Of a stretch of DNA of 64,000 nucleotides, positions 39,994-54,314 are shown one piece after another. The translations under genes and the position numbers were made by a program. Source of the DNA: Balanoglossus misakiensis (lineage: Eukaryota; Animalia; Hemichordata); assembly GCA_040954595.2 (NCBI GenBank), contig CM082580.2, positions 6,641,519 to 6,705,518 on the forward strand. The letters are read 5' to 3'. Positions within the stretch are counted from its first letter, which is position 1. Every line of letters starts with the position of its first letter. The notes below the pieces were generated by a model, which did no database searches, was not told where the DNA came from, and saw nothing but the letters and a program-made list of their open reading frames with translations.

Positions 39994-42397
39994 CTAATCC
40001 TTTTGCAAGCTCTGCATGATTTTCACCATGATCGGGCTGTCGGTCGGCGCATTGGTGAAGAGGCTGCCCACGAACGCATGCGTTCCCCACACGTGGTGGC
40101 TGATCACTTTGCAGCAGCCAAGGTCAACGATGTCAAAGCCAAGTTTCGCGTACCGCTCGTCGGTTTCAAACAGAGATGTGTTGGTGTGCGGTCCGTAGTA
40201 CTGTAAAAGGAAACAATGAATTCTGAGTAAATTACACGTAAAGCCGTAAAGTTTATTCATGATGCACATCTATATGTCATGCATTACACACCTGATTCAC
40301 AAGTCACAGAAAACACACTTTATTGATTTGAAAAAATATACGAAAACAATGCTATTAGTGACACAGCAAGATTCTTACAATTATAGCTGCATGTTATAGC
40401 ACAAAAAACATTATGTAAGGATTTCAAATCCATCACAAAGGAACTACCAGTAATCAACATGAAGTGTACATGTACTTACTGCTAAGCCAGATGCCGGATC
40501 TATGAAATCAGCCCAGTAGCCTTCTGCTTGTAAAAACTGACAGATTTCTTGAGCACCTTCAATGAACTGTGAACAAACAAACATTGGGCATTAGCATGGT
40601 AACTAGTAAATCTAGCAAATTTTATAAGAAAGCCAGTGTTTCACTGATAAAATATGCTCAAAGCACTTTTTCATACCTCAATACAAAACACCTTACCCAT
40701 GTTTATTCTAAAATACAAAATGTATCGCTCATCTGTTCAAATCCTCAAAGTACTAGAATTTCAGCCTCACTTGCTCACTAATGCAAAAAGTAACAAAGTC
40801 TTGACTTACATAATCTGTGAGTTCATTTCTTTCTTTTTCAACTGCAGGAGTCCAACCACTCATATCATTGGTCGTCTTCTGACACAGCGTAATTGCAGTA
40901 AGTTTACTGTCGCCAATATCGGCATCTCTGAATAATTCCATAAAACCTACAGAATAGAAATGAAAACAAATACAAGTGTGCACATACCATACAACTTCCA
41001 ATCCTAATTCCGTATTGAATTACTTTTTCTGTGTCGTCTTTAACTCAGATGGAAATTGGAGGCGACTGTATATCTTTGCGATACACACACAAACAGTTTG
41101 TTTCTTACCTCTTTTCATGCGCGGTGTACATTCCTGAGCAACACATTCCAGTACACCATCTATGCACTTTGAAGTCTGTTGACTTTGTTTTGCCATGGCT
41201 TTACCCTGGAATCAGACGGGAATAGACGCAATTCTGTAACTAATTCGTTAACACAATAAATGCAAGCATGAAAACAGCACTTTAATAACCCTTTCACCCC
41301 CAGCTTCCTCTATAGCGGTCCAACATTACTATAGACAACAAAGGGTTTGGACTGAACCATGGTGGTGAAAGGGTTACACATAAAACCTGAAAATCAGGGA
41401 AGCCACTGCAACTAAATGACATAAAACTGATCATCTGGTCTGTGATCTTGTAAGTTATACACGTGCATTACCAAGTCCACACTCAGGCAGGTGCAACAAG
41501 CACCATTCTTTGCAGGACTACTGCAGAAACATTTCTGAAGAGATACTCATTCCGTGAGCTTACCTCATCTGATGCAAAGAACTGCTCCATGGCAATGACT
41601 TGCCTCTCGTGGGACGTTGGTAGGGTGTTGACATCAATTTCAAACGGCAACACAGGTTTTGCTGGCGGTTTCAGCTGAGTAGACATACCCACACTACCTG
41701 GCAATGGGAAGTTCTTGTCCACTGGTGAGATTGGTCCTAGCACCATGTCGGGCCAGTCTGTCCCAGTCGGAGCTGTAGACATACACGTAAACAGGGTGGT
41801 TAAAAAAGGCTGTTCTCTTCAACATGAACAAATATGATCATAGGATAATTCCACTTGTGTCATATCTCTTAAATGTTTTCAGTAATGGCAACTGAAACAA
41901 TGCAGATAAGGCTCAAAGCTGATTGTGTTAGTGAAGAAATCAAAATTCAAATTCCACAGCTCAAAACTGAGACAATTTACATTGTACATGTCAGGACTGA
42001 GGAGTGTGTATGTTTACATATAGTTTGATTTTGTCAATGAATGAAGTTGTAACACACAACAAAATAACTTTTTTTTGTCCAGAAGAGTGTTGACTGTATC
42101 ATTGTGTACAGTACCTTCCTGTTGACCTGTTGTGCTGGCAGACTGCTGATGTTGTCTGAAACTAGCAAATGTTCTCAACCTGGAGTTCATGGCTTGAAGG
42201 CTTGGTAGTCGGCACACAAGCCTGGGACCGTTTGTTAGCACCTTGAAATACAATATACACGTACCATAATGGGATTATGACTTTTGGAAAGTGGGTTAAT
42301 ACAGTCACTGTACACATATGAATTGAATTCATATTTCCCCATATGCTATTTTGGATCATTACAAAGCTGGCCAGACAAGTTGACATACCTTTGCCAT
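39994..42397 (-). CDS. MMADHC: Cobalamin trafficking protein CblD
   Basis: MAK|[13 protein letters not shown]; [23 protein letters not shown]; [21 protein letters not shown]; [27 protein letters not shown]. These match conserved CblD motifs. An upstream non-coding exon donor lies at ~43043. Confidence 0.9.
41289..41373. mobile_element. Short piggyBac-like MITE remnant
   Basis: TIR CCCTTTCACC / GGTGAAAGGG with degenerate TTAA flanks. Related end fragments occur at ~27897, ~21215 and ~12690. Confidence 0.5.
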
Positions 42398-43043
42398 CTT
42401 AGCCCCTTCACAGATAAGTCTGCTTCACAGAAAGAGAAACAATAACTTGTCCAAGGTTTTCTTGGTGGCGGTACAACTGCAAAATATATATGTATATATA
42501 TATTGGCATAAACTGACAGATTGGGGCATTGTAAATTTGTATTTAGAGAAAAATTATTCAGTACAGGTATCTGTACATCATCATCATTCATCATACATGT
42601 ATACAGTATCTCAGATTTGATTGGCATAGTAAGAGACAATTTACTATCTTCTCTAACTCTGCCACACATCACAATCATTCAATCATGTATACATGTATGT
42701 TATGTTCATCTGATGTCCTTGGTATCAGCATATCAGTGACAATCAGTATCACAACTTCAAGCATTTGCACAGAACAGAAAATCCAGGGATATTTGGTAAC
42801 TGTATGTCTAGAGTAATAAAAGGTACTATTTAACAAAACATTGTCATCTAACAAAAACGTGGAACAGCACCAAAACTGCGTAAATGATTGCATTTCATTA
42901 TACATATATGCATTTCATTGGTGATGTACCCCAAGGTTATCAGCTATGTCAATGACCGCGACCGTACCGATGGCCTTCTCTGCATACATTTTACTTCGTT
43001 TCTCGAGCGTCGAAGCAGGGAAGAATACACAGAAGGGATTTAC

Positions 43044-43720
43044 CTGTAAGCTGAAGAATTGCTAAACCAAGAAAACGCCTAAACTTATGATGTCTGTCCG
43101 TCACGAAGTTCACGTCGCGGCCGCCAGACAAGAAACAAATTTGACCTAAGTGTAACCTTCTTCTCACTTCCGGAATATTTCCAGTGTTCGTGTGAACTCT
43201 CGCGAATTCTCGTAATCTAGTTACATAGACCGTGACCTAGAAACTGTATGTACAAGATAAGAATTTCAAATGTCGATATATTGCTAATCATAGTATTTCT
43301 ATTTTTTTAAATGATTATTAAGATAAAAGAAATTACCAATATGCGTCGGTGAGTTTCTCACTGCATGCGCAATATTAATAAGCGTAAACAGGTCACATGA
43401 CCATCTCTACTTTTGCGGGAAAATCAAAGATGGCAACCAGGATCTGTGTCATTTCGTCGCCGGATGACTCTTGTAAATTCTGGTGAATTAATCCGTCAAA
43501 TTGCATCCCTGCTCACATTTTCTTGTTTATCTTGCGTATACTTGTGAAAACCCAACCATATGTATTTCTTTGGAATGGATTTATGAAGCTCGTTCGGAGT
43601 TTTGCCACCTGGATCATTGATGTGACAATCTCTTCGGAAATATTACACAACTGCGTGGATCGTGGTGCAGTGAGTTCAAGGGGAACCCAGGGCAACCGTG
43701 ACCGTTCGTAGCCAAGCACG
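43044..43720. promoter_or_regulatory. Bidirectional promoter region MMADHC/BRCA1
   Basis: Divergent genes with a short CpG-richer spacer. It contains ETS-like CTTCCGGAA (~43168), TCTCGCGA (~43198), the palindrome GTCACATGAC (~43392) and YY1-like AAGATGGC (~43427). Confidence 0.55.
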
Positions 43721-46700
43721 ATGGCTGCGTACGAAATCCAGCTGGTTCAAAACACTCTTTGTCGTATGCAGAAAAACTTAGAGTGTCCAATATGGTAAGT
43801 TTTACGAACACCCAGCAAGAAATGTCAGATGAAGTTGTTAACTTGTGTAACAGAAAGAAGCCCTTTCATTCAGATGTGTCAGGCCTTTGCACTCCATTTG
43901 GTTTTAACTAATGATATGCCTTTTTTGTCTCTCAGTTTGGATTTGATGAAGGATCCTGTGTCAACAAGATGTGACCATCAATTTTGCAGGTTTGTTCATA
44001 TGTGATTTATGAGTTGCTGCATACCTATCCCAGTATGCATTGCACATTTGTATGTTCATGTAGACTTTTTGTAAATACATTTGATACATCAAAGTTATTC
44101 AGTTAAGTCATATACACATTTGTTTTCTTGCACAAACTCTCAAAACTAAACTACATAGTCTTACTTTGTAGGTTTTGTATTTTGGAAGTCTTAAACACCA
44201 AATCATCAGCTCCCTGTCCTCTGTGCAAGAAACCCATCACAAAAAGGTAAGCGGTTATGGCTCGAACGTGTTACATTGGATGTCATTTATGAAATGGAAA
44301 GCACATATAGACCTGTTTATTTGCAGGCCCAATTTGCATTTTAAATTATTGTGAGAAACTGAATTGAAATACCTGTACTATGTACTTTCATTATGTTGAC
44401 AGGAGTTTGACAGACAACTGTAAGCTGAATGATATAGTCACTGCAGTCAGGGGTGTAGTTAACGCTGTCAAAGATGACACAGGAATGGAATGTAAGTGAA
44501 TTTTTTTCTTTCACTTTATGTCAAAACTGAGTTGCTTTATAACAAAGGGTACAATATATAATCCACCCTGGCCCATAGATTATCTTTTGTAGGTGATCTA
44601 CATGTACTGTGTATTAATTATAAACAAAATGTTTGGTTTGATTTCAGGCACACCACCACGTGGTCCACCCATTGCATCGCAGCCATCACCAAAGCGTCAA
44701 TTACAGCGTGAAGAGAATCTTAATGCCACTGACCAGGTAATACAATTAGCATCATCATGATCATTACGTTATCATGTTGCTTGAGAACTGGTAGAGAAAA
44801 CTTTATATTTCAATGCAGTTTCTGACATTACATACAGCAGTGAGTGTAGCTCAATGACCTGATATACCACTTATGAGTTTGAGGGGTGTGATAATGAAAA
44901 CTTTGGTTACCTCCTACAGATTGCTGGTGGTCCCTCCAGAGGCCAGAACAAGAGGAAGAAGAACACCAGAATTGCCAAGAAAAAGGCAGTTGAAAGCCAG
45001 AGTGTTTGTGTGTACATTGAGGAAGACAATGAGACTGAGAGTGACTCCAGGCGGGAGATCATCACAACTAATACCAACATCAGGTAAGATAGATATTTTG
45101 TGAGCAGAAATACTAGCTGGGAGGCAGTGCGTTTTTGCGATACGCTGCTGACTGAATCAAATTTAATAATAAGGATTGCTAAGACTGTGTGTGCCCTTTT
45201 TACAAAAGTAAAATGTTTCTGTTGTTATGGTTACTTTCCAGTTCTGCTTTCCCTGTCCCTGAATCCTCAACGACCAAGAAAAGAAGAAACACCCGACGTA
45301 CTCGTCGCGATGAAATAGAGAATGGAAGCAGGGAGGCTCCAACTGCTAACCAAGGAGATCTGCTCTTGGAATTGGACAATTTAGCGATGGAAGTAGGTGG
45401 TGAGTCTGGTGTCAATGACAGTTCAGGAAATGAAAATACCCGACACGATAAGGCGACAGTGTGTTCAGCGAGTCGGCAAAACTTTCAAGCCAACAGAAAC
45501 CGTGAATCGGATCTGAATACCGAAGATAAGATGAATAGGGCAGGACAGCTAACCACCGAGAAAGAGAATGTGTTTCAGCCGCCATTGGTGGCACCCCCGT
45601 CTCACAGTGTCCAGACAGGAGGAGCAGCCGCACCAGACGTTGACCCGTACGAGTTCATTCCGAGTCAGCGGACTCCCAAGAAGAAGGGCAGAGCGCCCAA
45701 GAAAGTCAAAGGCAGCGGGGCCAACAAGAGGGGCCACAGCAGCAGTGGCGAGAGGCCTCGGAAGAAGCCTTGTGTGGTGGTTGTGTCTCAGAGAAAGGGA
45801 GTCCGGGAAGTTGCACCTGGGGTGGAGAGTAACGGCAAAGGGCTGGTAGGAGACCTAGTTGTACAGTTGGAGAAAGTGGACCACAAGTTGACTGCAAACG
45901 CAGCCTTGCAACCTGATGATGTTCCTCGGGACGTCTCGGCCGTCGCGGAGGAATCGCAGAGTGGCCCTGTCGATGAAGACGGTCCACTGACTTGTCAGTC
46001 GCAAGAGGAAGTCATAATAAAAAGGGGAACGAGGAGTCGCGGGAGGGTTGAAGAATCTGACAAAAAGGAGAGTTCAGACGAGGACGACTTCTGTTCAACC
46101 AACAGGAGATCCCTTAATAAGAGTGACGATAAAGTGTTTGTGAACACTTACAGTAAGGGACTGCAACATACAAAGAGGAAATCTGCTGAGAGGATCAAAA
46201 ACCTGGAAGAAATGAACAAACAGAGGGAAAATGCTGATCTTGACATTCCAATAGACTTTGATAAATTTCTCGAGGAGGATGACGACTTCCCCAGTGATAC
46301 AAGGACACTCAGATCAAGTAAAAAGAACGCAGATAGACTGCAGAATTCCTGTGATGGCCAGAAAGAGGTCTCTGCCACTCCGGCAAATGTCATCAGAATC
46401 GAAGGAAAGCCCAAGAAGAAAAAGGTAAAGGGCAGAAAGAAGAATTCTGAGTTTGTACTCGGCAGCCAAGATGTCATCGGCCACATCATTCAGAATGCTG
46501 TTGTAGAAAGCGACGGCGATCAGATGCAGATTTCAAGCTGTGGGTCTGATCAGGATGAGGGTCAGAATGTGGCGAAAGATGCTGATGTGAAAGGTGGTGC
46601 AACAGAAGTTCGTGAAGTTGATGTATCTATCAGAAATGGACAGAACCATAGTGTGCATGTTGAAGGTAAGTTACTGCCAATGTATCTAGTATTTGATGCA

Positions 46701-47978
46701 TGTGTACATATACATTGTAAAACGCAGATTTTAAAGATGTTTGTTATCTGAAAAAACCTGTATTCCTGTCCAATAGTAACAGTAAATATCATCAGTGCTC
46801 ACCACTACTGGGTAGCATTTAGTATTGTGGGACAGGCGTGATGGTGACAGACTTGAACTTGTGTCTAATATCTTTGTGTTGATCTCCTGTACAGCAGGTC
46901 ACGGAGATGAAGAATTCGATGGCAGTACAACAGAATCTATGGAAGGAAAGGATGATACGGACGGGGAAGATGTCTTTCACGGTACACCTAAAAACGTTCA
47001 ACGTTTGTCAGGTGAGTTTCTTCAAGATTGCATGGTGCTGGAAGAGAAGTTCCCCCTCAGTTGCTTAACAAATCTGTTGGGCAATCATGGTGACACCATG
47101 CAATTTTTTGTACATAATCAGGTGGCTTACTGGCATTAGGTCACTGGTGTAAAATAATATATTGATTTATTTCAGGTAACATCCCTCACACTGTCCCCAA
47201 AGCTGATGAGTTTGATGGCAGTACCACAGAATCTATGGACGTCAGAGATGACACAGATGAGGAAGATGGGTTGGATGACACACTAACAAACACAAAACCC
47301 GCATCAGGTGAGATTTGAGAAGCATTATCGTAGAGAATCGTTCCATGACTCACTGGAAACTGGCCACCCTTTCCATCTTCTTTGTATAAGATACCATTTT
47401 TATCAAACCTTTGTAATCCATGTACCTGTGAACCAGTTTTCTCAGCTGCTTTGTAGATGTTTATAGACGTCTTTTTCAGTCGGAAACTTGAATCTCTCGT
47501 CTACGAGTCAGGCATATTTGTGACATTGGATTATTATGCGTCTCTTTTAGGCCCACCAGATTTGCATGTGACAGTTGAGGGAATCATAGTCCATGCTGAA
47601 AAACAGAAAAATGGCAGACTTTTGAAAAAAAGTGAGAGGACAGTCGGTGGAAATTCCGAGGCCCGCAGTGGTCAGACAACAGGCAGTAATCAAGTGGAAC
47701 ATCTGACTCCTGACCTGATAGTACCAACACAGGATGATGAAGAAACTGCAAGAGGCAAAGATGGCACAAATCAGACTGAACAGTTGTCGGTCATTCCGGA
47801 ATCTGTGTCTCCTGGTGGGAGAGGAAATGAGAGGCCTGCAGATGTGACGGTCAATGCTTGGGAGAGGCCAGAGACTGGAAGAGGGATTCCAGAAGACCGG
47901 AATGTTGGGAAGGATCAGAGTGACGAGGTACAGGGTGAGCAAAGTGATCGTGAAGATGAAGTAGTGGATGACGAAGAC

Positions 47979-48010
<32 letters not shown>

Positions 48011-51000
48011 CGAGGAAGATGATGATGACAACGATGATGATGATCTGCTGCCTCCGGGACAAGATCTAGACGACAGTTTGATTGCGAGAGGAAAAAGGAA
48101 AAGCAGAGAAACTGCATGCGCGAGTAGTAAACAAATGATGTTAGAGCAAGCCATAATAAATGCCAGCAAAGAGAAGTCGGAGAACATTCACCAGAAAGAG
48201 CGTGGGAAAGAGACTAAGGACAAGGGTTTGCCGTCACAAGATGGCACGCCAGGCAAAAGTCTTGAGGTAAAAGGTTCCCCAGCCAAGCCAGGAAACCTTG
48301 GAGACCAACAATCGGCGACAGCTACGACACCCCTGACTTGCATACCAAATACCGAGGATGATGACTCGGTCGCGTTGAACACAAAACGCAAAAGCAGGTA
48401 CAGCCAAGGCAGGAGCCCGGTTGCAGCCCTCTCAAGGTCAAGGGTTAAATCGCCTTTGGTGAAAGAGAGAACTGTGGGTGTGGGGACGAGGACTGGAGTA
48501 AAGAAACAACAGACACTGCAGAGTGGTGGTTCCGAACAGGCCGTCAGAAATGGGTCGTGCGACAGTGAGCGTACAGTAGAGCTCTTTTCTAACGGAAGTG
48601 AAAACACAGTGGATTCTCCTGCCGCGAAGAATGGACCAAGCGGTACTAACTCGGGTAGGAAGGAGTCAAAATCACAGAAGATAAGTCTCTCGGCCTCTTC
48701 TTCAGTCAAGAATTCAGGATCTTGTTCCGATTTCAGATCTCCAGTCTTCCCGGTGCAGACGTTGCCCAAATCTCGGGGCGAGGCTCGCGTCCTGGGGGAG
48801 ACTGACAATGCTGCTGAGAAAGAGAGCCACGAACCTGAAGCAGACAGCAGAGAGTCCATGGTGCCCACCAGCATGGGAGCATCGGACAGTGAAAATGGGC
48901 CGACTCCTGTTATAAGCGTACCCAGGAGGAGGACCAGGCAAACTGCCAGTGTCGAACAGTCTGCTGAGAAGAATGGTCGATGCGAAGGTCTCCTGAAAGA
49001 ACCAGAAAATAAGAGGGTGAAATTGAAGAGGAAAAGGGACAAGAAATCTCCTGCAGACGCGGTGAGCAGCACATCAAATGTTTCAGTGACAGCAGACTCG
49101 AGTGAAGTAGATAGCATTAGCAGCAGTGGTACTCAAAAGAGCCAGATTTCAGGCACACCACAGCAAAAGACAAGAAAGGGGATCTTAACAGAAGGGCACC
49201 GGAAAGGAATTGGAAAGGTTGGTGGAAGTGGTTCACAGGATAAAGTGAATTCCGGCAGGTGGTTGCAGCCAAACATGGACTGCGAGGGCGCCTTGTCCGG
49301 GGAGAACAGCCTGTCAATCTTGCAGAATCCGACCAACGCAGACAAGAATATTGTAGATGCCAAAACTAAAGCCAAATCGGCAGAGTTGGAGGAAGATGGG
49401 GAAGCTGCCAGGAAGGGGAGAGGCAGAGAGGAGGAAGGAGGGAACTCTGAAGACGATAGTGAGTCTGCCAAGAATCTTGCAGCAGACACACTCAGGTTGT
49501 TCAGCAACACGGAGGGTCAGAGTCTGAGCGGAAGTAAAGACATGGTCTGCAGGGAAGATGACTTGGAATCCAGTAATGGCAGCGGCAAATTCAAGGATCC
49601 CAGAAAAGCCACTTCAGCTGCTGATAAAATGAAACGCGTCACCCGTGCTAAAGACATATCAGATGAAGAAGATGATGATGAGGATGCTGATGGTATTATC
49701 CCACCTACACCCCCAGTCGTCCCAGGCGGCATTTCAGAAAAACTACCAAGTGCCAGGTTGCTGAAGAAGAGAAAGCACAGAGAAGATTCCAGTCTTGACA
49801 TTGTCAAGAAGCCAGCCCAGAGTGCATCTATGAACACTGCTAAACATCATGCCGATGAGACTGCAACTGCTGCATCAGATGATGAAGCTAGTCAAAGCAT
49901 CCTTCAGGGTTACGAGCAGGACAGCGACGAGGCGGCAGATGAAGAGATCAATTTCATATCGCAGTTTCAAGAGAAGTCTGAATCGCCCGTGAGGAGGAAG
50001 AGGAAGCGGCGAGTTGCCCGGAGACTGGAAGACAGCGACTCCGAGGATGAGGAGATGAGCAGCGCAGATATAGATGCAATATTGTCAGAGTCGCCGTTTG
50101 GTCCCCAACCTCAGAAGAGGGTCGGTGAGAAAACTACTGGAGAAGAGGAGGAGGTTTGTGATCCCGGGGTCACAGAAGCTGAAGGTCATGTGTCAGCAGA
50201 GGTCGTAGGTCAGACCATGTCTGTAGAGGTCATGGGTCAGACTATGTCGACTGACAATTGCACAACGTACTGTGAAGAAATCGAAGACAAGGCCCACAAC
50301 AGTTGCGAAGACTATGGATGTAAGTTATTGATTTAGGCTTCTTCTGGAATTGTTATTTGATGTTCTTCATTATCATTGTTTATGGATCCGGAATGGAAGT
50401 ATTAATCTGTATAAACCGTACAAATGTATCTCACTCTCTTGATGCCATTACAGCTGACAGTACACAGGACAGCACCACAAGCAGACAACTCAATTTGACC
50501 AGTGCTTCATCCATCCAATCAAGTCAAGGAGAAGTTGTCAGCACTCAGGTTTGTAGGCTATGACTCTGTACTTTGTAAGTTGTGGTACATGTATTTTCCA
50601 CTGTTTCTGTATAGCTCACGCAATGTTAGTAACATGTAGGCACAGTTGCTTGTCTTGTGCAGAATTTAAAAGAGAGTGATAAGCTTGGCTCTGTTCATGT
50701 AGAAAATAACTGACATGTTTCCAACCCTGATTTCCTTCCAGGCAAGAGCCAAGATGAAAGAAGAACTACACGAAATTGAAGCTGAAATGGCCAAGATAAA
50801 GGCAGCCATTGCAGCTACTGACGGTGATGGTAGGGCAGCTCGACGTGACAATCAGGACGCTGATGCATGCCCAATGGATCTTGACACTGACGACGGTGAC
50901 AGACAGGGTGACACACGCCCAGGGAATGACGGTCGAGAGATCGTTGGAGCCAAGCCATGCGATGATGTGGGTGACAAATTGTGTGACAGTGAGGGTGAGA

Positions 51001-53582
51001 CAAGTGGTGATACAGATGTCTCTGTGAATGGTGACAGTGATGATGACGACATCTGCTGCAGCCCTCTGTCGCCCTCTCCCCCACCCCGTGTGTCACTGTC
51101 TAAACTAGCGTCGCGGTCAAAGGGTCACCTGCCAGACAAAGTCAAAGAAGTGGACAAGCTGCTCTGTCAGCTCAAGACGCCACTCTGCGAAGAAAGGACG
51201 AATAGGGCGATGAGCCCCAAGACGAGAAAATCTGGTTCCAACAAACAGAAGCAGAGACCTGTTGTGTCGGACGATTCAGACGGCGATCTTGAAACGACTG
51301 CCGCGAAAGCTAGCCACCAACCAAGAAAGGAAGCCCCCGCACAGAAACCAAACTCCCAACCCAGAACTCAGAAAAAATTCACATTCAGTCAGAAAGTGCC
51401 GAGTAAACTGAATACACAGAAACGATTGAATGACTCGAACGCGACCGACAGAGAGAAAGTCGTCGGTTCAAGCGCCCCGGGCAGAGTCGATCAGAAGAAT
51501 CATCTACGGGAGAAAACCAAGATCAGCCCCAGTTCGGAAGTGAGTCGTGTTGGTAGCCGATCCTTGTCCAGTGGTTCACAGGCCGAAGGGAAAACCAAGG
51601 CAGAATTCTCGTTCATTACGACAGGGCTCAATCAAGAGGAACTTGTGAGTACATTGTAATCACATTGTTGTATTATTTACTCTTATTTTGACTCTGGAAT
51701 ATTTCTGGGCAGAAGATCACGTTTACACAATGATTTTTATTTGATATTCTTTCAGTTTTCATATATTTCATTTAATACTATCTAATTCTACTTGCAAATA
51801 AATCTATGTGAAGGCAATGGAAAGGGTAACAATAGGATGCACATTGGAATCTCCATTAAGCTTCGTCATAAAATAGCTCATATTTTTCATTAAGAACATT
51901 GGTTGTGCTTAAATGTTGTGGACATTGCAATTGTACATTTGTTTAACTCAACTGACCAACTGTGGTGCTTGTCTTTACAGAGAGATGTTGATTTTGTGGC
52001 CAAACAGATGGGTTGTCGTCGTCTGCCCAAGTTCACTTCCGGTACAACTCATGTGATTGTCAAGACAGGTAGGTTACAATGTCCTTGACATCTTCTCTTC
52101 CTGATCTCCAGACTTGGAAGCAGAGAATACATTTCTTGTTAATAACAATTGCAGTCACAATATACATGTACTTAGATTATAAATTTGGTTCTGTCATTGC
52201 CTATAAGCCATGGCAAATACATGTACATGTACCTACATCATTTATTCTGGTATTTGTAGAATTTGAAAGATGAGACAGAATCCTTACTACATGTACGCAC
52301 ATCCGTCTCCTCACAAAAGTTATTCCGGCCACGTTTCCTGGAAACCATTGCAGTGAGTTGAATGGGAAAACCCGGAGGAAATCTGTGCTCCGTGGTGATT
52401 CTTGATTGCCTTGGTTTCCTGGACTACAGCCCTGTGGTACTTCACTGAACCCGTACATGCAACTGCTTCTGTCTGCTGTATTCTCAAATGAAGAACTATG
52501 AGGCCTTTCAGAATGAGACAACCCTTTCCCTCACTAGCTGGCTTTTTTATATACCATTCCATTTTCAGACTGCAACATTTTTTACATCACATATTTGACA
52601 ATTAAATCTTTGTGTAATGCATATTCTTTTCAGATGGTAAACTAGTCTGTGAGCGCACGTTGAAATACTTCTTTGGGATTGCTGCACGGACATGGGTGGT
52701 CAGTTTCAACTGTAAGTATTGCATTTTTGTTGGAAATATCTTCCGCTCATTATCATTGCTGAAAGCTTTCTGTGCTTTAATTGGATGTCATTTCAGTATC
52801 ACATTCATGTGGTGATATTCCAACAATTGTCTGTGTCTTTGAATATAGGGATACTGGCTTGCATAGAAGCTGGCAAAATCTTGCCTGAAGAACCCTATGA
52901 AGTGCTCGGCGATGTTGTCAACGGCCCGCATCATATGGGCCCGAGAAGGGCCAGGAAGAACGCTGGGAAACTGTTGCTAAGCAACTACGAAATCTGCTGC
53001 ATGGGCTCATTTACATCTCTAACTACAAGTAAGTTGACCCTCAGATTGGCTGAGTTTTAAATCTCACAACATCCTATCCCTTTGTAGTTATATCAGTCAG
53101 TTGTCATAAAAATAAAAAGTACCGAAGAAATTAATTTATCTTCGCTGTTTGCAGGTCAGTTTCGTTCACTGGTTGAACTGACTGGTGCAAGCATAGTCCA
53201 TCATCCGTCCATGTTCAGCTTTGACCCCGAGAAGATACCCGTCATCATTATGCAACCGGACGCCAACACAGATGAAGCCAACTACAACAGTAAGTCTTGA
53301 TGTCTACCTTGTGGTGCGTTAAGTGTGACCCATCATGTAGAGTCTACCTTTTTGAAAAGACATATTCCTGGAAAAAATCTTTAAGTTTCCTTGCTTTCCT
53401 TCCTCGTTTCAGGCATCTACAGGAAATTCCGCGCCGTGGTTGCCAGCAGGGAGTGGATCTTTGACAGCATTGCCCCGTACTCCCTGCGGCCCCTGGTGGA
53501 GTACTTGCTGTGTGACGTCCCAGAGAATCACGTCGACGAGATCATCAATTTAGACTCGGACAGTGGGAGTGAGCTGTTTTGA
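43721..53582 (+). CDS. BRCA1: Breast cancer type 1 susceptibility protein homolog (RING, long disordered region, coiled coil, tandem BRCT)
   Basis: N-terminal [45 protein letters not shown]...[13 protein letters not shown] (RING). Large exons at 45242-46665 and 47551-50319. BRCT region [59 protein letters not shown] and [14 protein letters not shown]. Confidence 0.93.
47968..48042 (+). repeat. (GAT/GAC)n coding repeat giving poly-Asp in BRCA1
   Basis: Encodes [25 protein letters not shown] in the 47457..50336 ORF. Confidence 0.9.
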
Positions 53583-54314
53583 ACGGTTGATGTGTGTGTT
53601 CGGATAGAGCAACACAGTTGGCCTGTGATGCACATACGTCCCTTGCATGATCCTCACATGATGTTGAAATACATCATATGTCAGTCAGATGTATAAATTT
53701 GGTGGTGTTGGGCAAAGTAACAGAATAATAGTTAAATGACGTTTGCATAAATAATTCTCATGTGACTTAAAAAGTAAAGGACTGTTACACTCTTCTTCGA
53801 ATTCATGAACTGACTACATGTACTAGAGATCTGCTATATCAGGATAATCACTTCAAAATATTAAACGTTGAATATTAAGCTGATTGCAACTGTATCGTTA
53901 TCAGAATAGTGGAAACTTAATTTCTAATTGTTGTGCTTTTTATACCACATGGAACAAGTGTGCCTTTTATAAAGACTATGTCAATTTTTCATGTAGTTTG
54001 AATGTCCTTGACTTAATTGGCAATAAAGTTTCTCAGCTGTACAGAGCTACAGTGTTTAAATCATCGCTTTTCTTGTCTTTGTATTTAAGGGTTTACATAA
54101 AACTAGGCCGTGAGTGGACACAAGGGCTCCATGCATGCAGTGTATTCATTTCCCCCATAAAATTTTCAAACACGCAGTGAAGAAAATTTATTGTAATTAT
54201 AAATGCACATATGGCTGGTGTGAATACCAGTAAAATAGAATATTTGAAGTACTGTACTCTTCATTGGCACAGCAATTATTTATCATAAAGCTCCATCAAG
54301 AATATAGAGCAGGT

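Noticed and set aside
47547-49837. Several long minus-strand ORFs (up to 309 aa)
   Set aside because: Antisense shadows of the low-complexity BRCA1 large exon.
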